Below, piece after piece: positions 11,211-21,219 of a DNA stretch of 64,000 nt (positions are counted from its first letter, which is position 1; each line of letters begins with the position of its first letter). The position numbers and the translations under genes were made by a program. The stretch covers positions 1-64,000 of the forward strand of contig CAXXTH010000019.1 of assembly GCA_963668025.2 (NCBI GenBank). Reading direction: 5' to 3'. The notes under the pieces were generated by a model that saw only the letters and a list, made by a program, of their open reading frames with translations, was not told where the DNA came from and did not search any database. Source of the stretch: Candidatus Hydrogenedentota bacterium. Its GTDB lineage: Bacteria > Hydrogenedentota > Hydrogenedentia > Hydrogenedentales > SLHB01.

Positions 11211-12146
11211 TTGCCGCTCTCTCGCCGAATAACTGAAAACCGGCCCACGATTCTATTCGCGGCCCTCGTACTCATTTCGCTACTCGCGCTTGCTTACGGA
11301 GCCCAGGGCAACTGGGTCATCCAGCAAGTGCGTACGGCTGTGTCTGTTGTGTCAACTCCTTTTTTGCGGGCGATGACCGGCGCCGTCCAATCGCTGGATT
11401 ACGCCGCTGATTTTTTTTCGTCGTATAATGCGTCCCGCCAGAAAGTGCAAACCCTAGAGGCGGAGCTGGTCCAACGGGTAGCCGATTCGGTGGCCCTTGA
11501 GGATGTGCGCACGGAAAACGCACGGCTGCGCCATATGCTGGATTTTAAGGACCGGGAAAGCCGCCTGACGCTGAAGCCGGTGAAAGTCCACGTGATCGGC
11601 CGCTTTGAAGGCACCCTCAGTATCGACCAGGGCTGGGCGCAGGGCGTTCATGAGGCCATGTGCGCCATCAGCCCCGATGGAAGCATTGTGGGGGTTGTAG
11701 CCAAAGTCGAGCGTTCACAATCCTTCATCTATACCCTCCACCATACGGATTGCCGGATTGGCGCTATCATCAAGCGCAACCGCGCCCATGGCATTGTGCG
11801 CGGCAGCGGCAACGATTTCAGCCACATCTGCCGTATGGAGTATATTGACAGCGGCGATGAGGTGCTCGAAGGCGATCAAGTCGTCACGAGCGGCGGGGCC
11901 GTTTATCCGAGCGGTTATCCGATTGGAACGGTGATTGGCCCGCCTCAAGGCGAAGGTTCGCTGCTCATGACGGCCCTAATCAAGCCCGCCGCGGATCCGT
12001 ATCGCCTGGATGAAGTGTTTTTGGTGGAGCGTGTCCAAGCGACGGAGGAAGAATTATCGGGCGAGTACGCCGCTCCTGATCATGGCGAGCCGCCGGAAGG
12101 CTTCTTGCCGGAAACGGAATCTATCCAAGAACGCCTGGCCCCGTGA
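11211..12146 (+). CDS. mreC: Rod shape-determining protein MreC
   Basis: N-terminal TM, coiled coil ENARLR, GDQVVTSG..YPSGYPIG; follows mreB. Confidence 0.93.
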   Translation: MPLSRRITENRPTILFAALVLISLLALAYGAQGNWVIQQVRTAVSVVSTPFLRAMTGAVQSLDYAADFFSSYNASRQKVQTLEAELVQRVADSVALEDVRTENARLRHMLDFKDRESRLTLKPVKVHVIGRFEGTLSIDQGWAQGVHEAMCAISPDGSIVGVVAKVERSQSFIYTLHHTDCRIGAIIKRNRAHGIVRGSGNDFSHICRMEYIDSGDEVLEGDQVVTSGGAVYPSGYPIGTVIGPPQGEGSLLMTALIKPAADPYRLDEVFLVERVQATEEELSGEYAAPDHGEPPEGFLPETESIQERLAP

Positions 12147-12180
12147 CGGACGAAGGCAAAAATAGAATGAACCTGGCGCC

Positions 12181-12696
12181 ATGAGAAAGAACATCATATG
12201 GGCCGTTATCGTCATCGCGGCGGGGCTTTTGCAGGTGACATGGCTTGAAAAACTGAAGCTCCCATTGACGGGCAATACCCTGCCGGATCTAATGGTCTTG
12301 CTGGTGATTTATTTTGCCCTGATGGATGGCCCCGAGCGCGCCATGTTCACGGGCGCTTTGGGCGGATTATTCAGCGATGTCCTCAGCAATTCCGTGCTGG
12401 GGCACCATATTTTATGTTATGTGGTGATCGGATATGCCGCCGGGCGCATGAGCGGCCGCCTGGTGACGTATCATCCGGCGGTGAAAGCGGGGCTCGTGCT
12501 CATTGCAGGCTTGGCCAAGGGGCTTTTATCCACGGCCATCTTATATATACAGCGGCCCGATTGGCCAGCGCTCCATGAATTGGCCGCCAATGTGGTGCCT
12601 GGCGCGTTCTATACGGCCATCATCACACCCCTCGTGTTCTGGATACTCGGCCAACTGTTACGGCGTTTCGTCCCGGCGGCTGAAGCGGAGGCCTAG
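12181..12696 (+). CDS. mreD: Rod shape-determining protein MreD
   Basis: Hydrophobic 171 aa, PDL and GLFSD motifs; synteny. Confidence 0.9.
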   Translation: MRKNIIWAVIVIAAGLLQVTWLEKLKLPLTGNTLPDLMVLLVIYFALMDGPERAMFTGALGGLFSDVLSNSVLGHHILCYVVIGYAAGRMSGRLVTYHPAVKAGLVLIAGLAKGLLSTAILYIQRPDWPALHELAANVVPGAFYTAIITPLVFWILGQLLRRFVPAAEAEA

Positions 12697-12697
12697 C

Positions 12698-14692
12698 ATG
12701 CCCAATCCGTCTAAAGAGAAACGCTTCGATGGTTTCTCGAATCGCACCAAATGGTTTTCGACCACCCTTATTTGCGCATCCGTAGTGATCATCTTGCGCC
12801 TGGCGTTCTTGCAGCTCATGCAAGGCGACATTTACGCTAATCAAGCGGACAGCCAGCGTATTTACCCTATTCAGCTCAAGGCCCAGCGGGGCCCTATCTT
12901 CGGGCGCGACCGCAGTATCGTGCTGGCGAGCAACCGGGCGGCGTGTGACTTGATCTTAGTGCCGAAAGAATGCGAAGGCCAGGAGGAAGCCGTATGCCGC
13001 CGGCTCGAATCCTTAATCGGAATCAACGCCAGCAATCTCATCGCGGAAGTGAAGCGAAACGAAAGAAAAAAGTTCACCCAGATCCCCGTCAAACGAGACA
13101 TCAGTCGGCGCGAGCTCACTCGAGTAGAGGAAATGGCGTTCGCGCTGCCGGGTGTTTTCACGGTGGTCAGTTCCCAGCGCCGGTATCTGTATAAAGAAAC
13201 GGCGGGCCAGATCATGGGCTGGATCAATGAAATTGGGAAAGACGAGCTGGACCGCATGCCGGGCTATTCGCGTGGAGACGTGATCGGGCGCGATGGCCTC
13301 GAAAAATCGTATGAAAACAGCCTGAAGGGCAAAGACGGCCAAATGTGGGTCAGCCGGTATAACATGGGAACGCCCATGCTCCGCACGGATTCATATGGCA
13401 ATCCGCTGATGACGCCAGACCAGCATGGCCGGAAAGTCACTTGGGACCAGGTGGGGCGTGAGGTGACGCTCGAGTACCGGGATGATCCGACGCCGGGCCG
13501 GCCCATTTTCGTGACCTTGGATATGGATTTGCAGGCGAAGGCGGAGGAAGTGCTGCGCAACGCAGTACAAGCAGGCGCGGAAAATGAAGCGGTGCGCGGG
13601 GCTATCGTGGTGCTCAACGCGAATACAGGGGAGATTCTGGCCATGGCCAGCCTGCCCGGTTATGACCCCAACGTGTTCGTCGACGCGGCGGGCAGCGTGC
13701 GCGACTCAGAGGGTCTTTCGCCGCGCGAGCGCTTGCTTTCCCATGATTCCTTGAAACGCATGCGCAACCGGGCGTATCAGGAGCGGTATCCTCCTGGCTC
13801 GATTTTCAAAGTCATGATGGCAGTGGCGGCCCTCGAGGAGGGCGTCATCAATGAGCATACGACTTTCTTCTGTCCTGGCCATTTCAGCCTCGGCAATACG
13901 CGCTGGGCGTGCTGGAGCAAAGGCGGGCATGGCACCATCGCCGTGGAAAACGCGCTGGCGTTTTCGTGCGATGTGTTCTTTTACAATGTAGGGCTGAAGC
14001 TGGGCATCGAGCGCATCAAGAAATGGTCCTCGCTGCTGGGCCTTGGCGAACTCACGGGTGTGGATTTGCCTCGTGAGGATACGGGCCTTGTGCCTTCACC
14101 GGAGTGGAAAGCCGCCTTTTATCCCAATTTAAATGAATGGGACCGGGCATGGCAGCCAGGTGAAACCGTAAATTTGGCCATCGGGCAGGGCCACTGCGCC
14201 ATTACGCCGCTCCAAGCGGCCGTTATGGTGGCCGCCATTGTGAACGGCGGCCATATTGTCCGCCCGTATCTCAATGCCGGAGAAAACCCGGTGGTATCCG
14301 AACAGATCATCAGTGATAAGACGCTCGATATCGTCCGCCGCGGCATGCTCAAGTGCGTGAATAAAAAAGATCCTCCATCAGGCACTGGGAAACTGGCTTA
14401 CATTGAAGGGCTCGACATTATCGGAAAGACCGGCACGGCGCAGGTGGTCAGCAAGAGCGCTTACGAAAACCTAAAAGAAGAGAAAATTCCATATGCTTTG
14501 CGCGACCATGCCTGGTTCGTAGCGGGCGTATTGAACCAAGATCCTCCCATCGCAATAGCGGTGCTTTTTGAACATGGATTGCATGGCAGCGCGGGCGCCA
14601 CCCCGCTGGCGCATGATGTCATCGAGTATTTCTATCAACAGCGGGCGGCAGCGGATAGTATGCGCGTGGCGCAGCGGAGTGAAACGCCATGA
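12698..14692 (+). CDS. mrdA: Penicillin-binding protein 2
   Basis: PPGSIFK (SxxK), SCD (SxD variant), KTGTAQ; ATG 12698 is 1 nt after the mreD stop. Confidence 0.95.
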   Translation: MPNPSKEKRFDGFSNRTKWFSTTLICASVVIILRLAFLQLMQGDIYANQADSQRIYPIQLKAQRGPIFGRDRSIVLASNRAACDLILVPKECEGQEEAVCRRLESLIGINASNLIAEVKRNERKKFTQIPVKRDISRRELTRVEEMAFALPGVFTVVSSQRRYLYKETAGQIMGWINEIGKDELDRMPGYSRGDVIGRDGLEKSYENSLKGKDGQMWVSRYNMGTPMLRTDSYGNPLMTPDQHGRKVTWDQVGREVTLEYRDDPTPGRPIFVTLDMDLQAKAEEVLRNAVQAGAENEAVRGAIVVLNANTGEILAMASLPGYDPNVFVDAAGSVRDSEGLSPRERLLSHDSLKRMRNRAYQERYPPGSIFKVMMAVAALEEGVINEHTTFFCPGHFSLGNTRWACWSKGGHGTIAVENALAFSCDVFFYNVGLKLGIERIKKWSSLLGLGELTGVDLPREDTGLVPSPEWKAAFYPNLNEWDRAWQPGETVNLAIGQGHCAITPLQAAVMVAAIVNGGHIVRPYLNAGENPVVSEQIISDKTLDIVRRGMLKCVNKKDPPSGTGKLAYIEGLDIIGKTGTAQVVSKSAYENLKEEKIPYALRDHAWFVAGVLNQDPPIAIAVLFEHGLHGSAGATPLAHDVIEYFYQQRAAADSMRVAQRSETP

Positions 14693-15972
14693 AGGTGCGC
14701 GGGCGGGAAACTAATATCGAAGGGCGCATCGGCGTCTTTGACATCCAGAACCTGAAGCATGTGGACTGGATATTAGTGGCGCTCACGCTGGCGCTGGCGC
14801 TGATTGGTTTACTGACTTTATACAGCGCCACGTATGGCGATTCATCGAGCCTGGATGTGGACAATGGCGCGCATTCATTTCTCGGTAACATCAAAGAGTT
14901 CCTCGACGGATGGTTTGGGAAACAGCTTCTCTTTTTTTTCTGCGGCCTATTTCTGGCCATACTCCTCATATGCTTTGACTACCGTTTTTTAGTGGCCTTG
15001 GGCCCTGTTGTTTACGCCGTGTTTGTCATACTTCTTGTGCTGGTGCTGTTTATCGGCGTGGAAGTAAAGGGGGCGAAGCGGTGGTTTGATCTGGGTTTCA
15101 CTGGTTTGCAGCCTTCTGAGTTTACAAAAGTGGCTTTGGTATACATGCTGGCCTGGTATCTGTCGCGCATCGGGCCGAATATCAGCCGCCTATTCTTTTT
15201 TCTGCTTGCTTTGGCTTTCGCGGGCATTCCCTTCATATTAATATTCCTCGAACCCAGCTTGAGCGCGGCCCTAATATTAGGCCCGGTAGCCCTTGTCATG
15301 GTGTTTGTGGCCGGATGCCGCTGGTGGCATTTGGGCATCTTATTTCTTCCCGCGATTCTCCCGGCCCTGTTTGTGTATATGCAACTCAATGAGTATCGCG
15401 GGCTCATCGAGTCCATGGGGCAGGAGGAAGGCTCCAAGGCCTACATGGACAAGGAATATCCCCTTGGCCTTAAACTCACGAATAAGCAACTTGACCGCAT
15501 CCTGATGTTCCGCGAACCGGAACGTGATCCGCTCAGTAAAGGCTATCATGCCATTCAAGCGCGCATCACGGTCGGAAGCGGCCAGTTTGTCGGGAAAGGG
15601 TTCTGCAACGGCACCCAAACGCATATGAGTTTTCTACCGGAATTTCACAATGACTACATCTTCGCCCTATTGGCGGAAGAATGGGGATTTGTGGGCGCGA
15701 CCACCGTGACCGTGTTGTTTCTCCTCTTTTTCTTACGCGCCTTATCGGTGGCCCAATCGTGCCCAGACACCGCAGGGAGCATGCTCGCAGTAGGCAGCAC
15801 GACGATTTTGGCGACGCACGCCTTCATCAACATCGGCATCACCGTGGGCCTGCTCCCGGTGACGGGCATGCCGCTGCCGTTTCTGAGTTATGGCGGTTCG
15901 TTTTATTTCACCACCATGCTTTGCGTGGGCACGCTCATGAGCGTGTATGTGCGGAGGCGGTTCTTTGAGTAG
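14689..15972 (+). CDS. rodA: SEDS glycosyltransferase RodA
   Basis: GAKRWF..QPSEFTK, FLPEFHNDYIF, GMPLPFLSYGGS; ATGA overlap with mrdA. Confidence 0.95.
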   Translation: MKVRGRETNIEGRIGVFDIQNLKHVDWILVALTLALALIGLLTLYSATYGDSSSLDVDNGAHSFLGNIKEFLDGWFGKQLLFFFCGLFLAILLICFDYRFLVALGPVVYAVFVILLVLVLFIGVEVKGAKRWFDLGFTGLQPSEFTKVALVYMLAWYLSRIGPNISRLFFFLLALAFAGIPFILIFLEPSLSAALILGPVALVMVFVAGCRWWHLGILFLPAILPALFVYMQLNEYRGLIESMGQEEGSKAYMDKEYPLGLKLTNKQLDRILMFREPERDPLSKGYHAIQARITVGSGQFVGKGFCNGTQTHMSFLPEFHNDYIFALLAEEWGFVGATTVTVLFLLFFLRALSVAQSCPDTAGSMLAVGSTTILATHAFINIGITVGLLPVTGMPLPFLSYGGSFYFTTMLCVGTLMSVYVRRRFFE

Positions 15973-15993
15973 GGGCATGCGGGGAGGCCCCTC

Positions 15994-16650
15994 ATGATTC
16001 GGATGCGCATCCGATACTCCCGAAGCGGGCAGGCTGCGGGATTGTCCTTTCGTGATTGGTCCGTTGTGCTGCATGAGGCGCTGTCCCGGTCTGATACGCC
16101 CTTGGCGCGGCCGGAAGAAAAAGGCCGCCCCCGTCTTACGCTAGGCCCTCCGTTGGGAGACGGCCACACCAGCCGCGCGGAATATCTCGACATCGAGTTG
16201 GACGCGTTGATATCCGCCACGGAGCTGGCCGTGCGCTTGGCTCCGTATTGGCCTACAGACTCGAGCATCCTTTGGCTCCGCCGCATCCCCGAGGCGTCGC
16301 GCCATTTGCGTGCCTCGTTCGCGGCATATTGGTATACTATACGCGGAGAGTTTTCCCGTGATGCGGCGGCCCGGTTTCGCCAAGCGGAATCCTGGCCCCT
16401 TCTTCAGCAACGCAAAGGGCGGGAGCGCACACTGGATCTCAAGAAAAGTGTTCCGTGGCTGGAAGTCCAGCCCGGTGAAATCATTGTGAAAATTAGGGTG
16501 CGCGCGGAGGGCATGCCGAAACCGGAGGAGATTGTTCAATCCGTGTTTCAACTGGGGCAGGATGCAAACAGCGGATTCAGCATCGAGCGAACCGCCTGTG
16601 AATTCCTCCCTATCCCCTACCCGCGCACACAGATTATGGAGTGGGAATGA
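15994..16650 (+). CDS. DUF2344 / radical SAM-linked protein
   Basis: RPRLTLGPPL.G..SRAEYLD motif; typical position between rodA and rng. Confidence 0.75.
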   Translation: MIRMRIRYSRSGQAAGLSFRDWSVVLHEALSRSDTPLARPEEKGRPRLTLGPPLGDGHTSRAEYLDIELDALISATELAVRLAPYWPTDSSILWLRRIPEASRHLRASFAAYWYTIRGEFSRDAAARFRQAESWPLLQQRKGRERTLDLKKSVPWLEVQPGEIIVKIRVRAEGMPKPEEIVQSVFQLGQDANSGFSIERTACEFLPIPYPRTQIMEWE

Positions 16651-18164
16651 GAGATTTCGTCATTAACGTCTCATCACTAGAGACCCGCATCGCCCAAATA
16701 GAAGAAAAGCGGCTGGTCGAACTCACCATCGAACGGCAGGAAAGCCGAAGTGTCGTGGGCAATATCTACAAAGGCAAAATCGAGTCCGTTGTTCCGGGCA
16801 TCCAAGCCGCCTTTGTAGACATTGGCTTCGAAAAGAACGGTTTCCTGTACGTATCCGACATTGCGGCGGCGTCGCTCTCGAGCGAATTCGATTTCGAGGA
16901 GGGCACCGCGAAGCCCCGCAAACAAAACAGGCGCGGCGCGAGCCCAAGCATCGAGAGCCTGGTCAAAAAAGGCCAGAGCATCATGGTCCAAGTGAGCAAA
17001 GACACCTTGGGCACGAAAGGCGTCCGCCTCACGAATTATTGCACGCTGCCGGGCCGCTATTGCGTCCTCATGCCCACAGTCAACAATTTGGGCATTTCGC
17101 GCAAAATCGAGGATGATAAAGAGCGCGACCGCCTGCGCAAGATCGTGCAATCCATCCGCCCCAAGAATGCCGGCCTTATTCTGCGCACAGCCGCCGAAGG
17201 CAAGGAAAAGAACGAATTTGAAACGGATGTGCAGTATCTCGAAAAAGTCTGGCAGAAGGTCAAAAGCAAGATGGAGTCCACCAAAGCGCCTTGCTTGCTC
17301 CATGAAGACATGGGGCCCATTTTGCGCATGGTGCGGGACGCCTTCACCAACGATGTGAAATCGCTCACCATTGATTCGGAGACGGAATACGAGCGTATTC
17401 TCAGCTTCTTGGATAATTTCGCTCCAAGCCTGAAGAAACGGTGCAAGCTCTACAAGGGCAAAATGGGCCTCTTCGAGAAGATGGGCCTTGAAACGGATAT
17501 CATAAAAGCCTTGCACCGGCAGGTGTATCTCAAGAGCGGCGGCTACATCTGCATCGACCACACCGAGGCCCTCGTGGCCATTGATGTCAACACGGGGCGG
17601 TTTACGGGCACGGCGCATCTTGAGGAGACGGTTTTCCGAACCAACCTCGAGGCCGCCGAGGAAATCGCCCGGCAAGTGCGCCTGCGCGATATCGGCGGCA
17701 TCATCGTTATTGACTTTATCGACATGCGCATCGAGAAGAACAAGAAGGAATTAATCCGCAAGCTGGCGGAATGCCTCAAGTATGATCGCGCCAAAACCAC
17801 TATTTCCGAGATCAGCGAGCTGGGCATGATCGAGATGACCCGTAAACGGGTTAAACATAATCTGCTCAAGGCCCTCTCCCAGCCCTGCCCGTATTGCGAC
17901 GGCACGGGCATGGTGCGCTCGGTGACCACCATGACCTTTGAGGCGTTGCGGCGCATACAGAGCTTATTCTGCTCTTCCAAAGAAAAGCGGGTCATCTTGC
18001 AAGTCCATCCGGATGTCGCCCGCCGCCTCGAGCAGGAAAACAAAGAGCTACTGGATGAACTCGCCACGCGCTTCGAGCGTGAGATCACCTTGGAAGTGAT
18101 GACGGAATTCCATATCAGTGAGATCAAAACATTGAGCGCCCGCACCCGCAAGGAAATAAAATAA
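16647..18164 (+). CDS. rng: Ribonuclease E/G family (RNase G-sized)
   Basis: GNIYKGK...PGIQAAFVDIG S1 domain, IDVNTG, RDIGGIIVIDFIDM, CPYCDGTG. Confidence 0.95.
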   Translation: MRDFVINVSSLETRIAQIEEKRLVELTIERQESRSVVGNIYKGKIESVVPGIQAAFVDIGFEKNGFLYVSDIAAASLSSEFDFEEGTAKPRKQNRRGASPSIESLVKKGQSIMVQVSKDTLGTKGVRLTNYCTLPGRYCVLMPTVNNLGISRKIEDDKERDRLRKIVQSIRPKNAGLILRTAAEGKEKNEFETDVQYLEKVWQKVKSKMESTKAPCLLHEDMGPILRMVRDAFTNDVKSLTIDSETEYERILSFLDNFAPSLKKRCKLYKGKMGLFEKMGLETDIIKALHRQVYLKSGGYICIDHTEALVAIDVNTGRFTGTAHLEETVFRTNLEAAEEIARQVRLRDIGGIIVIDFIDMRIEKNKKELIRKLAECLKYDRAKTTISEISELGMIEMTRKRVKHNLLKALSQPCPYCDGTGMVRSVTTMTFEALRRIQSLFCSSKEKRVILQVHPDVARRLEQENKELLDELATRFEREITLEVMTEFHISEIKTLSARTRKEIK

Positions 18165-18176
18165 GAAGGTAGTATT

Positions 18177-20291
18177 TTGCCTTTGAACCAGAAATCCAAA
18201 AAAACAGAGGGGGGGGAATCCCCGAGCGGTTTATATATCAAACCCTTGCTCCGTGTATTGCTGGCGTGCGCGGCTTCGGCAAGCGCCGTGGATGTGCTGG
18301 CGGGCTTGGCGGCCCGTCCCGAGTGTTTCACGCGCTACGCATCGCTTTCCAAATGCTTGCAGGTCTGGGCATGCCTGTATGTTCTAGCCATCGTGTTATC
18401 CATGATTCCATGGGCTTTCACGGTGCGAAACCGCCCTGCCAGCGCGCGCGTGCTGCGGTTTCTCGCAGCCGCTGTCCTTGGCGCGGACGCGGCGTTCATT
18501 ACCGCCCGGCTATTCGGACTGCTTCCCCTGGGCGGCTTGCTGGATGGCCAGACGCCCTTCACAACGGGCCTCCACGCCGTATTCGCACTCTCTACGGGTT
18601 TCGCCATCGCTTGGGCGGTGCTTTGGCGCACGCGGCGTTTTCAGTTCAATAGCTGGTGCAAGCTTGCCAGCGCGCTCGAAGGGCTTTCGATTCTTTTGCT
18701 GGAGATAATGGCGTTCGCATGGCTCTTTGGGGCCGCGCCAGCCGCCCGCTGGAGCCATAACCCCGTGTCCATTGCCGTTTGCGCGCTTATGCTGGCGGGA
18801 ACCGCATGGTTCTACATCCGCTACGGCATCCGTTTGCATGTAATTCTGGCAAATGGCGTCTTTGTTTGCTTTGTGGCCTTTGGCGCTACGGCGCCCTTGT
18901 TGCCGAGCCAGGCGGGCGCTTTACCGCCCATCACTTCTTCGACTGCTCCTGGCGCGCCAAACGTGTTTTTGATCACCATCGACGCCTTGCGTCCGGACGC
19001 TCTCTCTTGTTACGGCGGCGCGAATCCTACACCGAACCTGGACGCCTTCGCACAAGACTGCACGCTTTTCCAGAACGCCATATCAGCGGCTCCTTGGACA
19101 GCGCCTTCGCTTTGCTCGATCCTGACGGGCATATCACCTTTCGCGCACCGCATAACTTATAATTCGCCACCCTTGCCGGAGAGCTTCGACACCATCGCCG
19201 AGGCGTTTTATCGTACGGGCTACCACACCGCCGCTTTCGGCAACAATCCTTTTTTGCTCCCCTACACCAATATCAACCAGGGTTTCGCGGAATACCAATG
19301 GTTCCCCCGGGATGTGTTCGGCCAGCCTACGTGCGGCATGGCCGCATGGCGGTTACTGCAAAAAGAGAAAACCATCGCAAGCGCCGATGCGGCGGACCTT
19401 GTGCGCATGGGCATGCAACATTTCGGACATAAACGTGAAAAGCCCCTTTTCGCATGGTTCCACATCTTGGATCCCCATATCCCGTATGCCCCCCCTACTG
19501 GGTATGGGCCTGAAGGGGAGCCGCCTCCCTATTTGGGCTTTTCCTTCGATGAAATTGATGTGGTGCGCGCGGGGCGCAGCAGCCAGAGCATCGTTCAGCG
19601 CGCTTGGCTTCGCACGCTCTATAACGGCGAAGTGCGTTACACGGACGCCCAATTGGGCTTGTTTTTCGCCTTTCTCAAACAACACGGCTTATATGACAAC
19701 AGCCTCATCATCGTATCGAGCGACCATGGCGAGGAGTTTTGGGATCATGGCGGTTTCGAGCATGGCCACTCGGTTCATCGCGAAGTGGTGCGGGTGCCGT
19801 TGCTGATCAAAATGCCGGGAAACGCTGGCAAAGGAAATAAGGTAGATATCCCCGTGAGCACGGAAGGTTTAAAAGCCACCTTTCTTGACTTATGCGGGAT
19901 TGCATACGACGCCACTTCGGTGGATACGCCTTCCTTCGCCGCCTTGCTTGGGCCGGACGCCGCGAAATATGCGCCCGCGCCCATTACGTCCTCGATGTTG
20001 CTGTATTATGAAGACCGCGAATCGGTCCGGTTTGATCATTTTATGTATACCCATTATATCGATTCGAACCGCGAAGAGTTTTACGATACCGCGAAAGACC
20101 CATTTGAAAACCGCAACCTGGTGTTTGATGCGCCGCTTGAAATGGAGAAAGGCCGGGAATTGCTCGAAGAAGCCCGGCGGAACGGTCTGGCGCGCCGCCA
20201 ATCCCTCGGCATGCCCGCCGAAAACGACGATTCGGTGGCGCTCGATCCCGCGACCAAGGAAAGATTGAGAAACCTTGGCTATTACCAATAA
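18177..20291 (+). CDS. Membrane-anchored sulfatase-like (alkaline phosphatase superfamily) protein
   Basis: About 6-7 N-terminal TMs; PNVFLITIDALRPD, DPHIPY, SSDHGEEF, LRNLGY; nucleophile position reads WTAPSL. Confidence 0.85.
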   Translation: MPLNQKSKKTEGGESPSGLYIKPLLRVLLACAASASAVDVLAGLAARPECFTRYASLSKCLQVWACLYVLAIVLSMIPWAFTVRNRPASARVLRFLAAAVLGADAAFITARLFGLLPLGGLLDGQTPFTTGLHAVFALSTGFAIAWAVLWRTRRFQFNSWCKLASALEGLSILLLEIMAFAWLFGAAPAARWSHNPVSIAVCALMLAGTAWFYIRYGIRLHVILANGVFVCFVAFGATAPLLPSQAGALPPITSSTAPGAPNVFLITIDALRPDALSCYGGANPTPNLDAFAQDCTLFQNAISAAPWTAPSLCSILTGISPFAHRITYNSPPLPESFDTIAEAFYRTGYHTAAFGNNPFLLPYTNINQGFAEYQWFPRDVFGQPTCGMAAWRLLQKEKTIASADAADLVRMGMQHFGHKREKPLFAWFHILDPHIPYAPPTGYGPEGEPPPYLGFSFDEIDVVRAGRSSQSIVQRAWLRTLYNGEVRYTDAQLGLFFAFLKQHGLYDNSLIIVSSDHGEEFWDHGGFEHGHSVHREVVRVPLLIKMPGNAGKGNKVDIPVSTEGLKATFLDLCGIAYDATSVDTPSFAALLGPDAAKYAPAPITSSMLLYYEDRESVRFDHFMYTHYIDSNREEFYDTAKDPFENRNLVFDAPLEMEKGRELLEEARRNGLARRQSLGMPAENDDSVALDPATKERLRNLGYYQ

Positions 20292-20430
20292 ATGATGCTT
20301 CATCAGAATACTTATGAACGCCCAAGATTTGCAGGAAGGACCGCATTTCAACAGGCGTCTCCCAATGTGGCGATGCCGAATGTAGCCCCTTCCAATCCTG
20401 TTGCCCAGAAGCCCAGAAGCCCAGAAGAAT

Positions 20431-20772
20431 CTACAGGAGATTGGGGCAAATGCCCTGCACCCACTGGCCGAAGCATTCCAGAAAGGCATGGGGGTCGAGG
20501 GCGGAAAAGACCCGGTTGAAGGTGTCGTGCGAGGGGATGCCGCCGGGCAGCTCCAGGAAGCCCTTCAGCCAATCCTCCCGGAGCCAGCCGAAGCGCTCCA
20601 TATCCGAAAAGCTCTCCCCGCCCACGAGGGCTGAGCATAGCCCAATCACCAAGATGTCAATGAAGTTGTGCCTGCGGGTTCGGTCCATGCGGGGATCGGG
20701 CAGGCCCGCGAAACACTCGATGATAGGCTTGGGATTTCTTTTCAGTGGCCATGGCTTGCTCCTTTCATTCAT
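20431..20772 (-). pseudogene. ISAs1 transposase N-terminal fragment
   Basis: LPDPR...RH...DILVI.LC...G.ESF.DMERFG...WLK.FLELPGGIPSHDTFNRVF; the ATG with RBS (20752) is out of frame with this segment, and the DDE domain is missing. Confidence 0.88.
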
Positions 20773-20823
20773 GCGCCGAAGCGCTGTTGACTCTAGTATA
20801 TAGCATTCTATATATTAAAATCC

Positions 20824-21123
20824 ATGAAGCACACCAAAAAGATGCAAGCGTTGCTGGAGCGCATGGCGCAGATTAAGCGGATGGAGCGCGGGAAGCTCTG
20901 TCAAATGGGCGGGCGTCCCCACTTTAACCACCAGAGCTGGGAGAACGAGAAGAACGTGGTTCGCTATGTGCCGGCGCGCGAAACCGAGTTCCTAAAAGAG
21001 GTCATCAATGGCTACCAGGCTTTCATGAAGCTGGCTGAACGCTACGTGGACGAAGTCATCAAGCAAACCCGCCGTGAGCGCGCAAAGACCTTCCCCCAAG
21101 CGAAAAATCCCAGGCCACGTTGA
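20824..21123 (+). CDS. DUF6788-like small basic protein (IS-associated)
   Basis: MERGKL...HFNHQSWENEKNVVRYV...I..YQ.FM.L pattern resembles the ISKra4 ORF at 22524-22904; TTGACT-N18-TATATT promoter 7 nt before the ATG (probably leaderless). Confidence 0.7.
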   Translation: MKHTKKMQALLERMAQIKRMERGKLCQMGGRPHFNHQSWENEKNVVRYVPARETEFLKEVINGYQAFMKLAERYVDEVIKQTRRERAKTFPQAKNPRPR

Positions 21124-21219
21124 CAGAAAAAATCATGCACAACAGGATAAATCGACTCTTGAGCACTATTAGATGCGTAAGCCCTGACCCCTGTGGGCCT
21201 GCGTCAAAAAAGTGGGTTT

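Larger units (their letters stand above)
20431..21186 (-). mobile_element. Truncated ISAs1-family element (one end retained)
   Basis: Terminus CAGGGCTTACGCATCTAA on the minus strand starting at 21186; ISAs1 transposase N-terminal fragment inside. Confidence 0.7.

Noticed and set aside
16677-17675. Long antisense ORFs over rng, also over mreB (10248-11150), pheA (33085-34029) and lpxC/lpxD (52523-53704)
   Set aside because: Typical codon-bias shadows opposite conserved genes.
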